Of a DNA stretch of 64,000 nt, positions 1 to 10,800 are shown one piece after another (the stretch's first letter is position 1; the number at the start of each line of letters is the position of its first letter). The notes beneath the pieces are model-generated. The model was given only the letters and a program-made list of their open reading frames with translations. It was not told where the DNA came from and made no database searches. The translations under genes and the position numbers were made by a program. Origin of the DNA: an uncultured Gemmatimonadaceae bacterium (GTDB lineage Bacteria > Gemmatimonadota > Gemmatimonadetes > Gemmatimonadales > Gemmatimonadaceae); assembly GCA_963761305.1 (NCBI GenBank), contig CAVXGK010000002.1, positions 192,001-256,000 on the forward strand, written 5' to 3'.

Positions 1-28
1 CGAGCCCCCCAAAAAACCCCCGACGACG

Positions 29-1312
29 ATGCCCTCTCGCGTCTCTACGCTCGCTCAGACCCTGCGTGGGTCGGCCATCCTGCGAATTGCCGGCGAAGTG
101 AAGGAACTGGCGAAGCAGGGGAAACCGATCCTCGATCTCACCGTCGGTGATTTCAGCTCGAAGCAGTTCCCCATACCCCGCGAGCTCGAGGATGGTGTCG
201 TCGACGCGCTGCGAGCCGGCGAATCGACCTATCCACCGTCGATTGGCCTCGAGTCGCTGCGGCAGGCCGTGCGCGCATTCTATAAGAAGCGCTTCGGTCT
301 CGACTTTCCCCTCGAGTCGGTGCTCATCACGTCCGGCGCGCGGCCGGCGATCTACGCCGTCTATCGCGCGCTGGTCGACGCCGGGGATCGCGTCGTGTTC
401 GGCGTGCCCTCGTGGAACAACGACTACTACTGCACGATCGTCGGCGCCGAAGCGGTGATGATCGAGTGCGACGCGAGCACTCGCTTTCTGCCGACGGCCA
501 AGATGCTCCGTCCGCTGGTGCGCAACGCGCGATTGCTCGCGCTCAACTCGCCGCTCAACCCGACCGGCACGCTCTACGACGCCGAAACGTTGGCCGACGT
601 GTGCGACCTCGTGCTCGAGGAGAACGCGCGACGCGGCGACCGGGAACGGCCGCTCTACGTCATGTACGACGCAGTGTACTGGATGCTCACGGCGCAGGGG
701 CTCGACCACGTCGATCCGATCGTGCTCCGGCCGGACATCGCGCCGTACGTCGTCACCGTGGACGCCATCTCCAAGGCGTTCGCGTCCACCGGACTCCGTG
801 TGGGTTGGGCGATCGCCGCGCCGGACATCATCCGTCCGATGAACGACATCGTGGGACACATCGGCGCCTGGGCGCCGCGACCCGAACAGGTCGCCACGGC
901 GAAGTTCCTCGCCAACGACGGCGCGGTCGATCGGTTCGTCGAGCACATGCGCCGCGACGTGACGGCCCGGCTGGACGCCGTGTACAACGGAATGATGGCG
1001 ATGCGTGAGGACGGACTGCCGGTCGATTGCGTGCGGCCTCAGGGCGCGATCTACGTGAGCGCGCGCTTCGCGCTCCATGGGATGCAGACGCCGGACGGAA
1101 CCGTGCTCAACACCGACGACGACGTGCGGCAGTATCTGCTGCGCTCGGCGGGGTTCGCCGTCGTTCCGTTCAACGCGTTCGGCGCCCAGGGCGACCACGG
1201 GTGGTTCCGGTTGTCGATCGGCGTCGTGTCGGTCGAGCAGATCGAGGGCATCTTCCCGAGTCTGCGCCGGGCCATCGAAGCGTTGGGCGGCGTCCCGGCG
1301 GCCGCCGACTAG
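29..1312 (+). CDS. PLP-dependent class I/II aminotransferase (aspartate aminotransferase-like)
   Basis: Motifs NSPLNPTG, YDAVY, DAISKAFASTGLRVGW (PLP lysine) and C-terminal FRLS; 427 aa. Confidence 0.9.
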   Translation: MPSRVSTLAQTLRGSAILRIAGEVKELAKQGKPILDLTVGDFSSKQFPIPRELEDGVVDALRAGESTYPPSIGLESLRQAVRAFYKKRFGLDFPLESVLITSGARPAIYAVYRALVDAGDRVVFGVPSWNNDYYCTIVGAEAVMIECDASTRFLPTAKMLRPLVRNARLLALNSPLNPTGTLYDAETLADVCDLVLEENARRGDRERPLYVMYDAVYWMLTAQGLDHVDPIVLRPDIAPYVVTVDAISKAFASTGLRVGWAIAAPDIIRPMNDIVGHIGAWAPRPEQVATAKFLANDGAVDRFVEHMRRDVTARLDAVYNGMMAMREDGLPVDCVRPQGAIYVSARFALHGMQTPDGTVLNTDDDVRQYLLRSAGFAVVPFNAFGAQGDHGWFRLSIGVVSVEQIEGIFPSLRRAIEALGGVPAAAD

Positions 1313-1379
1313 CTCCGCGGCATGGACGCGAAGGACTTCACGACCCGCCCTGGCCCTCGCATCCGGGGGGCTGTCGGCT

Positions 1380-2276
1380 CTAGAGCTTCGATTTGGTCTG
1401 GTCCAGCGCCTCGCGGAGCCCGCGGGCGAGCTTGATCGCGTCTTCGTTGGCCCAGAAGTGCATGAAGTAGAGTTGGGGATCGGAGTCCACCAAGTGGCTG
1501 TGGAGCGCCGTCACGTCGATGCCGTTCTTCTTGAACGCGCGGATCACGGGATTCACCTCGCTGCCTCGCAAGACAAAATCGCCGGTGACCGCCGCCTTGC
1601 CGCTTCCAGTCGGCTGAAAGTTGATGGCCGTGGCGACGCCCATCGACGGCGGCAACTGGTGCCCCATTTCGGTGATCGTCTCGCTCCGCGGAACGGTGAC
1701 CTGGTACACGTTTCCGTTCAGACGGCCTGATACGCCAAGCGCCTTGGCGACGGCGCCTGTATCGAGGTCGGCAGACGGGGTGGCGGCCGGCGGCGGAGGG
1801 CCGATTGGCGTCGCGCTCTTCGCCAGCGCGGCCCGGACCGCAGAGGCGATTCTGGCCGGATCTCCTTCGACCATGACGTGCATGTACATCACGTGCGGCG
1901 ACTCGCTGAGCAGGTGGTTGTGCACGGCCGTTTGGTCGATCCCGCCCGCCTGAAGCGCGGCCATCACCGGGGCGATCTCGCCGTCGAGCAATACGAGATC
2001 GCCCATCGCCAGCGCCTTGCCGCCGCCCGTTGGCAAGAACGCCACCCAGCTTCCGAGCGCCAGGGCGGGCTTGAGCGTGACCCCGGCGCAGATCACGGTG
2101 AGGTCCGAGCGGGGAAAGTTGAACCGCATCACGTCGGCCGTTTGCGGAACACCCTTGCGCCCGAAGGCTTCCTCGACGGCCGACCACTGCATCGTCGGCT
2201 GCTGTGCCGCGATGCGAGGGTCAGGCGGGACAAGCGCCGCACACGTGAAGACCAATGCTGTCATTCGAGCGTTCAT
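1380..2276 (-). CDS. Secreted DUF1259 (LppY/LpqO-like) two-domain protein
   Basis: Signal peptide; internally duplicated domain with GD(L/F)VL, TAVHNHLL/TALHSHLV and YMH/FMHFW. Confidence 0.8.
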   Translation of the reverse strand: MNARMTALVFTCAALVPPDPRIAAQQPTMQWSAVEEAFGRKGVPQTADVMRFNFPRSDLTVICAGVTLKPALALGSWVAFLPTGGGKALAMGDLVLLDGEIAPVMAALQAGGIDQTAVHNHLLSESPHVMYMHVMVEGDPARIASAVRAALAKSATPIGPPPPAATPSADLDTGAVAKALGVSGRLNGNVYQVTVPRSETITEMGHQLPPSMGVATAINFQPTGSGKAAVTGDFVLRGSEVNPVIRAFKKNGIDVTALHSHLVDSDPQLYFMHFWANEDAIKLARGLREALDQTKSKL

Positions 2277-2467
2277 AAGGCCGCCGAGAGCGAGGACCGT
2301 CGGAGGAAACGCTCGCGTCGATCGAGCTGGCGAGCGCGTCTGGTTCGAGAATACATAGCGACCGGAAGCGAGCGCTTCTGTTTCTTAGTCAGTGGCCGGC
2401 ATCCGGCGGCACTCTCCCTGCATCACAATCCTGCTCTGTACGCCATGCGGGGTCGGGAGTGCTGCCA

Positions 2468-2755
2468 ATGTTTTCGCTCGGGAACGGGGACGCGGAGCGG
2501 CCTCGCCGTCGCCAGTTCACGGACGCATCTGGGATGAACTGGAGCGTCTATGACGTCGTCAATCCGACGGCCGAAGGCGGCATTCCGGGCGAGTTCTTGT
2601 GCTTCGAGCGCGGCGTGGACCGGAGGCGCTTGGCCCCGATTCCCGCGGACTGGATCGCCTGCAGCCCGGCGCAGCTGGGGGACTATCTCAAGCGCGCGAA
2701 GGCGGTACACCGGTCGTTCGCCAGCCCCGACCAGTTTCGGGAAAGGCACCGCTAG
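2468..2755 (+). CDS. Small hypothetical protein
   Basis: Coherent ORF with F-TD-SG-W-V ... LCFE...RRRLAPIPADW pattern, recalled from Gemmatimonadota hypothetical proteins. Confidence 0.6.
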   Translation: MFSLGNGDAERPRRRQFTDASGMNWSVYDVVNPTAEGGIPGEFLCFERGVDRRRLAPIPADWIACSPAQLGDYLKRAKAVHRSFASPDQFRERHR

Positions 2756-2790
2756 ACCGACACGGACGACCTCTCCTCACCAGAAACGAC

Positions 2791-2816
2791 GAGCGCCGCG
2801 TTAGCTCGCGGCGCTC
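2791..2816. terminator. GC-rich hairpin between convergent small ORFs
   Basis: Perfect 10-bp stem GAGCGCCGCG / CGCGGCGCTC; no U-tract. Confidence 0.35.
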
Positions 2817-3007
2817 AGCAGTTTCGAAATCCGATCGCGGACGGCTCGGCCGTCGGCGCGCGTCATCGCGAGCGGACCACCACGGCGCGTCTGGCGGGCG
2901 GCAACCGCTGCGGAGAGCAGCAGTGCCCGCAACTGACGCCGGCGTTTGTCGGCGCCCGCGCCCTGCACGCGGTCTGTTTGGTCTCGTTCCTCAATTCGAT
3001 CCGACAT
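2801..3007 (-). CDS. Possible small hypothetical protein (MSDRIEERDQ...)
   Basis: ATG preceded by SD-like GAGGTAGG; fills an otherwise empty gap. Confidence 0.3.
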   Translation of the reverse strand: MSDRIEERDQTDRVQGAGADKRRRQLRALLLSAAVAARQTRRGGPLAMTRADGRAVRDRISKLLSAAS

Positions 3008-3080
3008 ACCTACCTCGAATGGCAAATGGGATGCCGATTCAGAGTATCGGGGCAATCCGGTTTCGCCTTAACTTTCGTCC

Positions 3081-3890
3081 ATGTCGATACAGTCACACGG
3101 GACCGTGCAGCCGCCCGAGACTCTCGAGGGATGGTTCGCCCTGCATCAGGTCTTTACGCATGATGCGGGCTCGCACGTATCACGACGCGACGCACGCATC
3201 GAATCGACACGGCCGCCCGTTTCGGCGGCCGACGGATGGAGCGCGTACGCGCGCCTCATTGGCAGCAGTCGCGACATGCTCGCCATGCACTTTCGTCCAA
3301 CTCTCGATGAAATCGGCGACGTCGGCCGAGCGGCGCGATGCTGGGCGGAGACGAACGAGCTGCGACTCGACTACAGTTTCTTGAGCGTCACCGAGGCCGG
3401 CCTCTACCACCTGACCGCGCAGTTGGCGCGCGAAGCGTCGGAGCGGGGCGGGGACGCCGCCGTCGGCGACGTGGCGTACGTCACCGAGTTGGCCAAGCGC
3501 GCCGACCAGGAACGGAAGAATCCGCACGTCGCGCGGCGCCTGTACCCGACGCTCCCGCCGGACATGCCGTACGTGTGTTTCTATCCGATGACGAAGCGTC
3601 GCGAGGCCGGCCAGAACTGGTACACGCTGTCGCTCGACGAACGCAGCCGCTTGATGCAGGCGCACGGACTGACCGGCCGACGGTACGCCGGCCGTGTCCT
3701 CCAGATCATCACCGGAGCGATCGGGTTCGACGCCTGGGAGTGGGGCGTAACCCTCTTCGCCAAGGACCCCGTCGACTTCAAGAAGCTCGTCACCGACATG
3801 CGGTTCGACGAGGTGAGCGCCAAGTACGCCGAGTTCGGCGAGTTCTTCGTGGGGAAGCTGGCGAACGCCGACGATCTCGTTCGCAGTTAA
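3081..3890 (+). CDS. hemQ: Coproheme decarboxylase (chlorite dismutase-like family, HemQ/ChdC)
   Basis: PETLEGWFALH, YVCFYPMTKRR, NWY, heme-ligand HG-TGRRYAG, WEWGVTLFA, MRFDEVSAKYAEFG. Confidence 0.8.
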   Translation: MSIQSHGTVQPPETLEGWFALHQVFTHDAGSHVSRRDARIESTRPPVSAADGWSAYARLIGSSRDMLAMHFRPTLDEIGDVGRAARCWAETNELRLDYSFLSVTEAGLYHLTAQLAREASERGGDAAVGDVAYVTELAKRADQERKNPHVARRLYPTLPPDMPYVCFYPMTKRREAGQNWYTLSLDERSRLMQAHGLTGRRYAGRVLQIITGAIGFDAWEWGVTLFAKDPVDFKKLVTDMRFDEVSAKYAEFGEFFVGKLANADDLVRS

Positions 3891-3938
3891 CCGGTCTACC
3901 GGTCTACCGGTCTACCGGTCTACCGGTCCACCGGTCCA
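3891..3938 (+). repeat. Octamer tandem array (CCGGTCYA)x6
   Basis: 4x CCGGTCTA then 2x CCGGTCCA, directly after the hemQ stop. Confidence 0.95.
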
Positions 3939-4007
3939 CCCGAAACCAGCCAGTCCGTCGCCCCGTAAGGTCCTCCGTCACGGTCCCCCTCCCTCGAGGC
4001 AGCACGA

Positions 4008-4418
4008 ATGTGGTCGGCGATTCGATGGCTGTTGCTGCGCATCGCGGCAATTCGCCTGGTGTTCAAGCTCGGCTGGCTCGGCCTGCTGATTCCGATCGCG
4101 TTTCTGCTGAAAACGATCGGGCTGCCGCTGCTGATCATCCTGCTGGTCCTGGCGATTCCGATCCTGTTGATGTTCTTCGTGTTCGGACTGCCGGTGTTCC
4201 TGGTCGTCTTTGCCGGCGGCGCGTTCATGGGACTCGTGAGCTTCGTGTTGACGCTCAGCGTCGCCGTGCTCAAGATCGGCTTGTTCATCGTCCTCCCGAT
4301 CTGGTTCGCGTTCGCCGTCGGCCCCCGAATCGTCCGCTGGTTCAGAGGCGGCAGCGGCGACTCGAAGCCCAAGGACGCGCCGCCGCCGGAAACCGGTGGG
4401 GACTTCGACGCGGGGTAG
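4008..4418 (+). CDS. Hydrophobic membrane protein
   Basis: Long Leu/Ile/Phe-rich stretch with periodic (G)LP; GAGG SD upstream. Confidence 0.7.
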   Translation: MWSAIRWLLLRIAAIRLVFKLGWLGLLIPIAFLLKTIGLPLLIILLVLAIPILLMFFVFGLPVFLVVFAGGAFMGLVSFVLTLSVAVLKIGLFIVLPIWFAFAVGPRIVRWFRGGSGDSKPKDAPPPETGGDFDAG

Positions 4419-4420
4419 TC

Positions 4421-4452
4421 GGGTGGACGGGTGGACGGGTGGACGGGTGGAC
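4421..4452 (-). repeat. Octamer tandem array (GGGTGGAC)x4, i.e. (GTCCACCC)n on the minus strand
   Basis: Read directly; inverted relative to the 3891 array. Confidence 0.95.
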
Positions 4453-4479
4453 GGGAGTTTTTGTCAGGAGTTCATAACC

Positions 4480-4824
4480 ATGTTCGGTTTCATTCGCGCG
4501 TTGTTCTTCGGAGCGCTCGCGCTCGTCGTACTGGTTCCGGTCGGGATTCTGCTGGCGGTCATCGGCCTCCCCGTGATCGCCGTGCTGGGCATCGTCGCGC
4601 TGCCGATTCTGCTCGTGCTGTTTCTGGTCGGACTGCCGTTCCTGGTGCTCTTTGCCGTCGTGCTCGGTTTGCTCGGCGCGGTGTTCGGCATCGTGTTGGC
4701 GTTCCTGTCGCTCGGCTTCGTCGTGCTGAAGGTCGCGCTGGTCGTGCTCATCCCGCTGCTCGTTCTCGCGTGGATCGTGCGGCGGGTGATGGGACCATCG
4801 GACCACTATCGGCTTGGCGTGTAG
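4480..4824 (+). CDS. Hydrophobic membrane protein, similar in style to 4008-4418
   Basis: AGGAG SD; Leu/Val-rich with repeated GLP/ALP; ends LK-AL-V-IP like its neighbour. Confidence 0.7.
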   Translation: MFGFIRALFFGALALVVLVPVGILLAVIGLPVIAVLGIVALPILLVLFLVGLPFLVLFAVVLGLLGAVFGIVLAFLSLGFVVLKVALVVLIPLLVLAWIVRRVMGPSDHYRLGV

Positions 4825-4968
4825 GGCCTTTGGCGGGCGCAAATATTCCTTAGCCCGACATAAGAAGGGCACCAACCGCGGCGATCCGGCACGTCGAGTT
4901 TGGCTCCGTGCCGCGCCGCCGTCTCCGCGCGGAATTTCCGGTCCCTGTTCTGCAATTGTAGTGGCCGA

Positions 4969-6564
4969 ATGTTCTTTGATTCGGCTCTCGCGCCCGCTTG
5001 GGTTTCCGATCACGCGCACCTCGTTCGCGTTTCGATCGTTGCCGTCGTCGCAACGTCGGCTTGCAGCGCCCCGGGCACGCCACGTATCGACGGCCTCCCC
5101 GGAGCGCCCGCTGCTCCGTCGACACCGTGGACGGTTCCCGCCGCGGCCCGCACGCCACCGCCGCCACCCGGCATACCGGTCGCACCAGCGGCGACCGCCG
5201 CCCTCGCCGCCGATTCAGCGACGACCGCCGTCGTGCAGTTCTCACTCGCCGACGTCGTGGACCTCGCGCTCAAGAGCAACCCGGCCACTCGCGAGTCGTG
5301 GGCGAACGCACAGGCCGCGGCGAACCAGTACGGTTCGGCGCGCGGCGCGCTCTTCCCGACGATCAACGGGAGTCTGAACCTCGCCGGCGCGTCGACAGGT
5401 TCGGCATTCGGGGGCGGCGGAAACGGCAATTCCGTCGTCGTCGACACGTCGGCGGGTTCGACGCGCGCGGTGGGCGCGGTCGGCGGACTGACGCGTGCCC
5501 AGTTCACGCCGGCGATCTCACTGTCCTATCTGGTGCTCGACGCCGGCGGCCGCAAAGCCGCCATCGAAGCGGCGAAGCAGAACGCCATCGCGATGAATCT
5601 CGCCCACAACTCGGCGATCAACGATCTCGTGCTGGCGGTGGAGTCCGCGCTCTTCACGTATCTCGCGAACGTGGCGCTCCGCGACGCGCAGGTCACCGCC
5701 GTGCAAGAGGCGCAGACCGACACCGCCGCCGCCGAGGCGCGGTTTCGCGTCGGCGTGGGCACGTTGCAGGATGTGCTGCAGGCGCGCACCGAGCTCTCGC
5801 AGGCCCGCTTTCAGCTCGTGACGCTCCAGGGCAACCTGCTTACGTCGCGCGCGACGCTCGCCTCCGCGATGGGATTGCCGGCCAACGCGCGCTTCGAGAT
5901 CCCCACGGTCGCCGCGACCGATTCGGTCGCCAAGCTCGCGGCGTCCGTCGACACGCTTATCAACCGCGCGATCACGTTGCGCCCGGATCTGGCGCAGGCG
6001 CGCGCGGCCGCGGCACAGCTCGGGGCACAGATCCGCGTCACACAGTCGGAGTACCGTCCGTCGCTCACGCTCTCGACCATCCAGAGCTACACGCAGTCGG
6101 TCGAGGGCTCTTCGTCGGCGAACGGGCCCAACACGTCGCTCGTGTTCGGGCTGCAAGTGCCGATCTTCAACGGATACTCATCGCAGTACGACGTCCGCGC
6201 GGCTCGAGCGCTGTACACGGCCGGGCTCGCGCGCGTGACGTCCACGCAACAGCAGATCGCCGTCCAGGTGTTCACGTCGTACACGACGTTGCAGACGGCG
6301 CGTGAACGCCTGGCCGCCGCCGTCGAGCTGCTCACGTCGGCGGGGCAATCGGCCGACGTCGCCGCGGGCCGCTACCACGAGGGCGTGGGGACGATCCTCG
6401 ACATCCTCGTCGCGCGAACCGCGCTCGACTCGGCGCGCGCCGAGGACATCCAGGCGCGATGGAGCTGGCGGATGGCGCTGTCGCAGTTGGCGCACGACGT
6501 CGGCTCGCTCGACGTTCGGGGGCGGCCGAACATTCCGCTCGTCGGTCTGCCGAGGAATCCATGA
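4969..6564 (+). CDS. TolC-family outer membrane efflux lipoprotein
   Basis: Lipobox-like TSAC, SL-DVVDLAL-SNP, two OEP repeats (RF-VG-GT-QDVLQA; RY-EG-GT-LDIL-A). Start codon uncertain. Confidence 0.85.
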   Translation: MFFDSALAPAWVSDHAHLVRVSIVAVVATSACSAPGTPRIDGLPGAPAAPSTPWTVPAAARTPPPPPGIPVAPAATAALAADSATTAVVQFSLADVVDLALKSNPATRESWANAQAAANQYGSARGALFPTINGSLNLAGASTGSAFGGGGNGNSVVVDTSAGSTRAVGAVGGLTRAQFTPAISLSYLVLDAGGRKAAIEAAKQNAIAMNLAHNSAINDLVLAVESALFTYLANVALRDAQVTAVQEAQTDTAAAEARFRVGVGTLQDVLQARTELSQARFQLVTLQGNLLTSRATLASAMGLPANARFEIPTVAATDSVAKLAASVDTLINRAITLRPDLAQARAAAAQLGAQIRVTQSEYRPSLTLSTIQSYTQSVEGSSSANGPNTSLVFGLQVPIFNGYSSQYDVRAARALYTAGLARVTSTQQQIAVQVFTSYTTLQTARERLAAAVELLTSAGQSADVAAGRYHEGVGTILDILVARTALDSARAEDIQARWSWRMALSQLAHDVGSLDVRGRPNIPLVGLPRNP

Positions 6565-7805
6565 GCGCGCGACACCGGCGACTCGTGGCCAGATGGATCG
6601 CGGCCGTCGTGACGGCCATCGCCGCGGCGTCGTGCAAGCAGGCGCCGCCGGCGCGCAAGACTCCGCCGACACCGGTGCGCGTGACGACCACGTCGCGCAT
6701 CGACGCTCCGGTCACTGTCTCCGCGAGCGGCGTCGTCGAGCCGATGCAGACGGTGTCGGTGACGGCACAGGTGAGCGGCACGCTGCAGGACGTGCTCTTC
6801 AAGGAAGGAGACTACGTCACGAAAGGACAGCGTCTCTTTCGGATCGACCCGCGTCCGCTCCAGGCGCTGGTAGATCAGGCGCGCGCCACACTCACCAAGG
6901 ATCAAGCGACGGCCGCGGCAGCGGCGCGCGACGACGAGCGGTTCAAGTCGCTGGCCAACGTCGGCTACGTGAGTCGATCGGCGGCCGACAGCCAGCACGC
7001 AACGGCGCTCGCCGCGGCGGCTACGGTGCAAGCCGATCAGGCGAATCTGCGTGCGGCCGAAGTGAACCTCGGCTTCACGTCGATCACGGCGCCGATCACC
7101 GGGCGCACGGGCGCACTGATCGTGCGCCGCGGCAACAACGTGAGCCCGACCAGCGGGCCGCTCGTCGTCATCAACCAGATCAATCCGGTGCTGGTGCGAT
7201 TTCCCGTGCTCGAGCAGGACTTCGCTCCCATGAAGGCGGCGGTGGCAAGGAGCCCGCTCCCCGTCACGGCGGCGTCGAGCGACAGCACCCAGGGCGTCGC
7301 GCGCGGAACGCTGTCGTTCCTCGACAACAACGTCGATTCGCTGACGGGCACGGTCACCGGCAAGGCGAGCTTTCCGAATTCCGACCGGCGCTTGTGGCCG
7401 GGCCAGCTCGTGCTGCTCACCGTGCAACTCCGGGTCGAGCGCGGCGTGCTGTCGGTTCCGACCGACGCGATCCTCACCGGCCAGCAGGGTCCGTACGTGT
7501 TCGTGGTCGACTCGGCGAACACGGCGCACATTCGTCTCGTCGTGCCCGGACTGCTGGTGGCGAGTCGCACCGTGATTCAACGCGGACTCACCATCGGTGA
7601 GCGCGTGGTGGTGGACGGACAGTCGCGCCTCGACGACAAGACGCGCGTCGCGATCACCGGCGTCGGCGCGGACACGAGCGGAACGACGCTCATCGGTAGC
7701 CGAGTCGACTCCAGCGCACAGGCGGCGGAGTCACTTGGCGGCGAGATCGTGCCGGCAAAAGGAGCTGTCCGCTCTGACAAAACGCGGCTGCCGATACGGA
7801 AATGA
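6561..7805 (+). CDS. RND efflux periplasmic adaptor (MdtA-like)
   Basis: VTAQVSG, FKEGDYV-KGQ-LF-IDPRP, I-APITGRTG, FLDNNVD-LTGT, LWPGQ; ATGA overlaps with both neighbours. Confidence 0.9.
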   Translation: MSARHRRLVARWIAAVVTAIAAASCKQAPPARKTPPTPVRVTTTSRIDAPVTVSASGVVEPMQTVSVTAQVSGTLQDVLFKEGDYVTKGQRLFRIDPRPLQALVDQARATLTKDQATAAAAARDDERFKSLANVGYVSRSAADSQHATALAAAATVQADQANLRAAEVNLGFTSITAPITGRTGALIVRRGNNVSPTSGPLVVINQINPVLVRFPVLEQDFAPMKAAVARSPLPVTAASSDSTQGVARGTLSFLDNNVDSLTGTVTGKASFPNSDRRLWPGQLVLLTVQLRVERGVLSVPTDAILTGQQGPYVFVVDSANTAHIRLVVPGLLVASRTVIQRGLTIGERVVVDGQSRLDDKTRVAITGVGADTSGTTLIGSRVDSSAQAAESLGGEIVPAKGAVRSDKTRLPIRK

Positions 7806-10800
7806 ACGTCTCCGAGCTGTTCATCAAGCGGCCCGTCATGACCATCCTGCTGATGGTCGGCATTCTCGTGTTCGGCGCGTTCACCTATAACAGTCTGGCG
7901 ATCAGCGATCTGCCGACGGTGGACTATCCGACGATCACGGTGAGCGCCGCGCTGCCGGGCGCGAGCCCGCAGACGATGGCCGCGTCCGTCGCCACGCCGC
8001 TCGAGAAACAGTTCTCGACGATCGCCGGCGTCGACAACATGACGTCGACGTCGAGCCTCGGCTCGACATCCATCACGTTGCAGTTCTCGCTCGACCGCGA
8101 CATCGATGCGGCCGCGCAAGACGTGAACGCGGCCATCGCTCAGTCGTTGCGACAGTTGCCGCAGAACATCATTCCGCCTTCGTATCAGAAAGTGAACCCG
8201 GCCGCATCGCCGATTCTGTTCTACGCGCTGACCTCGACCACGCTCTCGCTCCAGGCGCTCGACGAGGTCGGCGAGACGCTCCTCTCACAGCGCCTGTCGA
8301 TGGTGAGCGGCGTCGCGCAGGTGCAGGTGTTCGGTTCGGCCAAGTACGCCGTACGTGTCCAGGTCGATCCCGCCGCGCTCGCGTACCGGCAGATCGGCAT
8401 CGACGACATCGCCACTGCAATCAAGGCGCAGAGCGTCACCCAGCCGACCGGCGTGCTCTGGGGGCCGACGACGGCGTACACGCTCCAGGCGAACGGCCAA
8501 CTCGACAACGCGACGGAGTTCCGGGAGATGACGGTCGTCTACCGGAACGGCGCGGCCGTACAACTGGGCGCGCTCGGCCATGTCCTCGACGACGTCCAGA
8601 ACAATCGGAGCGCGAGCTGGTTCAACGGCGTGCGCGCGATCGTGTTGGCGGTGCAGCGCCAACCGGGCACGAACACCGTCGAGGTCGCGAACGCGGTGCG
8701 GTCGACGCTCGATTCGTTGCGCGTCGACGTTCCCAGCGGCGTGAAGGTCCAGACGCTCTTCGACCGTTCGCAGGGCATCGATCAATCGGTGCGCGACGTG
8801 AAGCGGACGCTCGTCTTGACGCTCTGCCTCGTCGTCATCGTGATCTTCGTGTTCCTGCGCAACGGGTGGGCGACGCTGATCCCCAGCCTCGCGCTCCCGC
8901 TCTCGGTGATCGGCACGTTTCCCGTCATGTACGTGCTCAACTACAGCCTCGACCAACTGTCGTTGATGGCGCTCACGCTCGCCGTCGGCTTCGTCGTCGA
9001 CGACGCGATCGTGATGCTCGAGAACATCGTCCGGCACATGGAGATGGGCACGCCGCCGCTGCAGGCGGCGATGGATGGGGCCAAAGAGGTGGGCTTCACG
9101 ATCATGTCGATGACGCTCTCGCTGACGGCGGTCTTCATTCCGCTTCTTTTCCTGGGCGGCGTCGTCGGGCGGTTGTTCCGCGAATTCTCGGTCGTGATCG
9201 CGACGTCGATCCTCGTGTCGGGCGTTGTCTCGCTGACCTTCACGCCGATGCTCGCGAGCCGCTTCCTGCGCGCGCAGCACGCCCAGAAGCACAATCGGCT
9301 CTACAACGCCACCGAGCACGCCTGGGAATGGACCCTCGGCTGGTACAAGCGGACGCTCGATCTAGCCATGGCTCATCGTCTGGTGACGATGTTTTTCTCG
9401 CTGCTCGTGCTCGTCGGGACCTGGCTGTTGTTCAGGGTGCTGCCGACCGGGTTCATTCCCGACGAGGACATCGGGCAGATCAACATCACCACCGAAGCGG
9501 CGCAGGGAACGTCATACGGGGACATGGTGCGGCGGCAGCAGCAACTCGCCGGCATCGTGGAGCGCGACACAAACGTCGCGTCGTACATGTCCACCGTGGG
9601 CAGTTCGGGCGGCGGATCATCCGGCTCGAATACGGGCCGTATCGTCGTGATCCTCAAGGCACTCGGCAAGCGATCCCCGATTCAAGACGTGGTGAACGAG
9701 CTGCGCGGCAAGATGGCGCACGTTCCGGGCATCCTCTCGTATCCGTCGCTGCCGCCGGCGATTCAGATCGGCGGCCGAACGGCCAAGAGCCAGTATCAGT
9801 TCACGATGCAGGGATCGGATGTGAACGCGATGTACGCGGGGGCGCAGAAGCTCGTCGACGCCGCCAAGCAGTCGCCGCTGCTCGCCGACGTGACGAGCGA
9901 CATGATGAACAACAACCCGCAAGTGAACGTGAACATCGACCGGACGCGGGCCGCCGTCTTCGGCGTCACCGCCGATCAAATCGAGAACGCGCTCAACTTC
10001 GCGTACGGCTCGACGCAGGTGTCGACGATTCTCACGCCGACGAACCAGTACTGGGTGATCCTCGAGGTGTTGCCGCAGTATCAGCAAGATCCGGGAGCGC
10101 TCGGCCTGCTCTACATCAAAAGCACGACCGGAACAGTGGTGCCGCTCCGAGCCGTGGCGACGATCACGAAGGGCGTCGGTCCGGTCACGATCAACCACTC
10201 CGGCCAGCTTCCGTCGGTGACGCTCTCGTTCAACCTTGCGCCGAACGTCTCGCTCGGAACGGCGACGGCCGAAGTGCAGCGGCTGGCGGGCCAGATACTT
10301 CCGGCGGGCATCACGACCGCGTTCTCCGGCACCGCGCAGGTATTTCAGGCGACCGAGGCCGGGCTCCTGGTGCTCGTCATCCTCGCGATCTTCGTGATCT
10401 ACATGGTGCTCGGCGTGTTGTACGAGAGCTTCGTGCACCCGATCACGATTCTCTCGGGCCTTCCGTTCGCCGCCTTCGGCGCGCTGCTCGCGCTGTGGAT
10501 CTTCCACGTCGAACTGTCAGTATTCGCGTTCGTCGGCATCATTTTGCTGATCGGCATCGTGAAGAAGAACGCGATCATGATGGTCGACTTCGCCGTCGAG
10601 TCGGAGCGTGCCGAGAAGAAGACGGCCGCCGAAGCGATCGTCGACGCGGCGCACGTGCGCTTCCGCCCGATCATGATGACGACGGTGGCGGCGCTTGTGG
10701 GAACGCTGCCGGTGGCGATGGCGTCAGGGATGGGATCGGAGACGCGCCGGCCGCTCGGAATTGCGGTGGTGGGCGGGTTGGCATTCTCGCAGCTGGTGAC

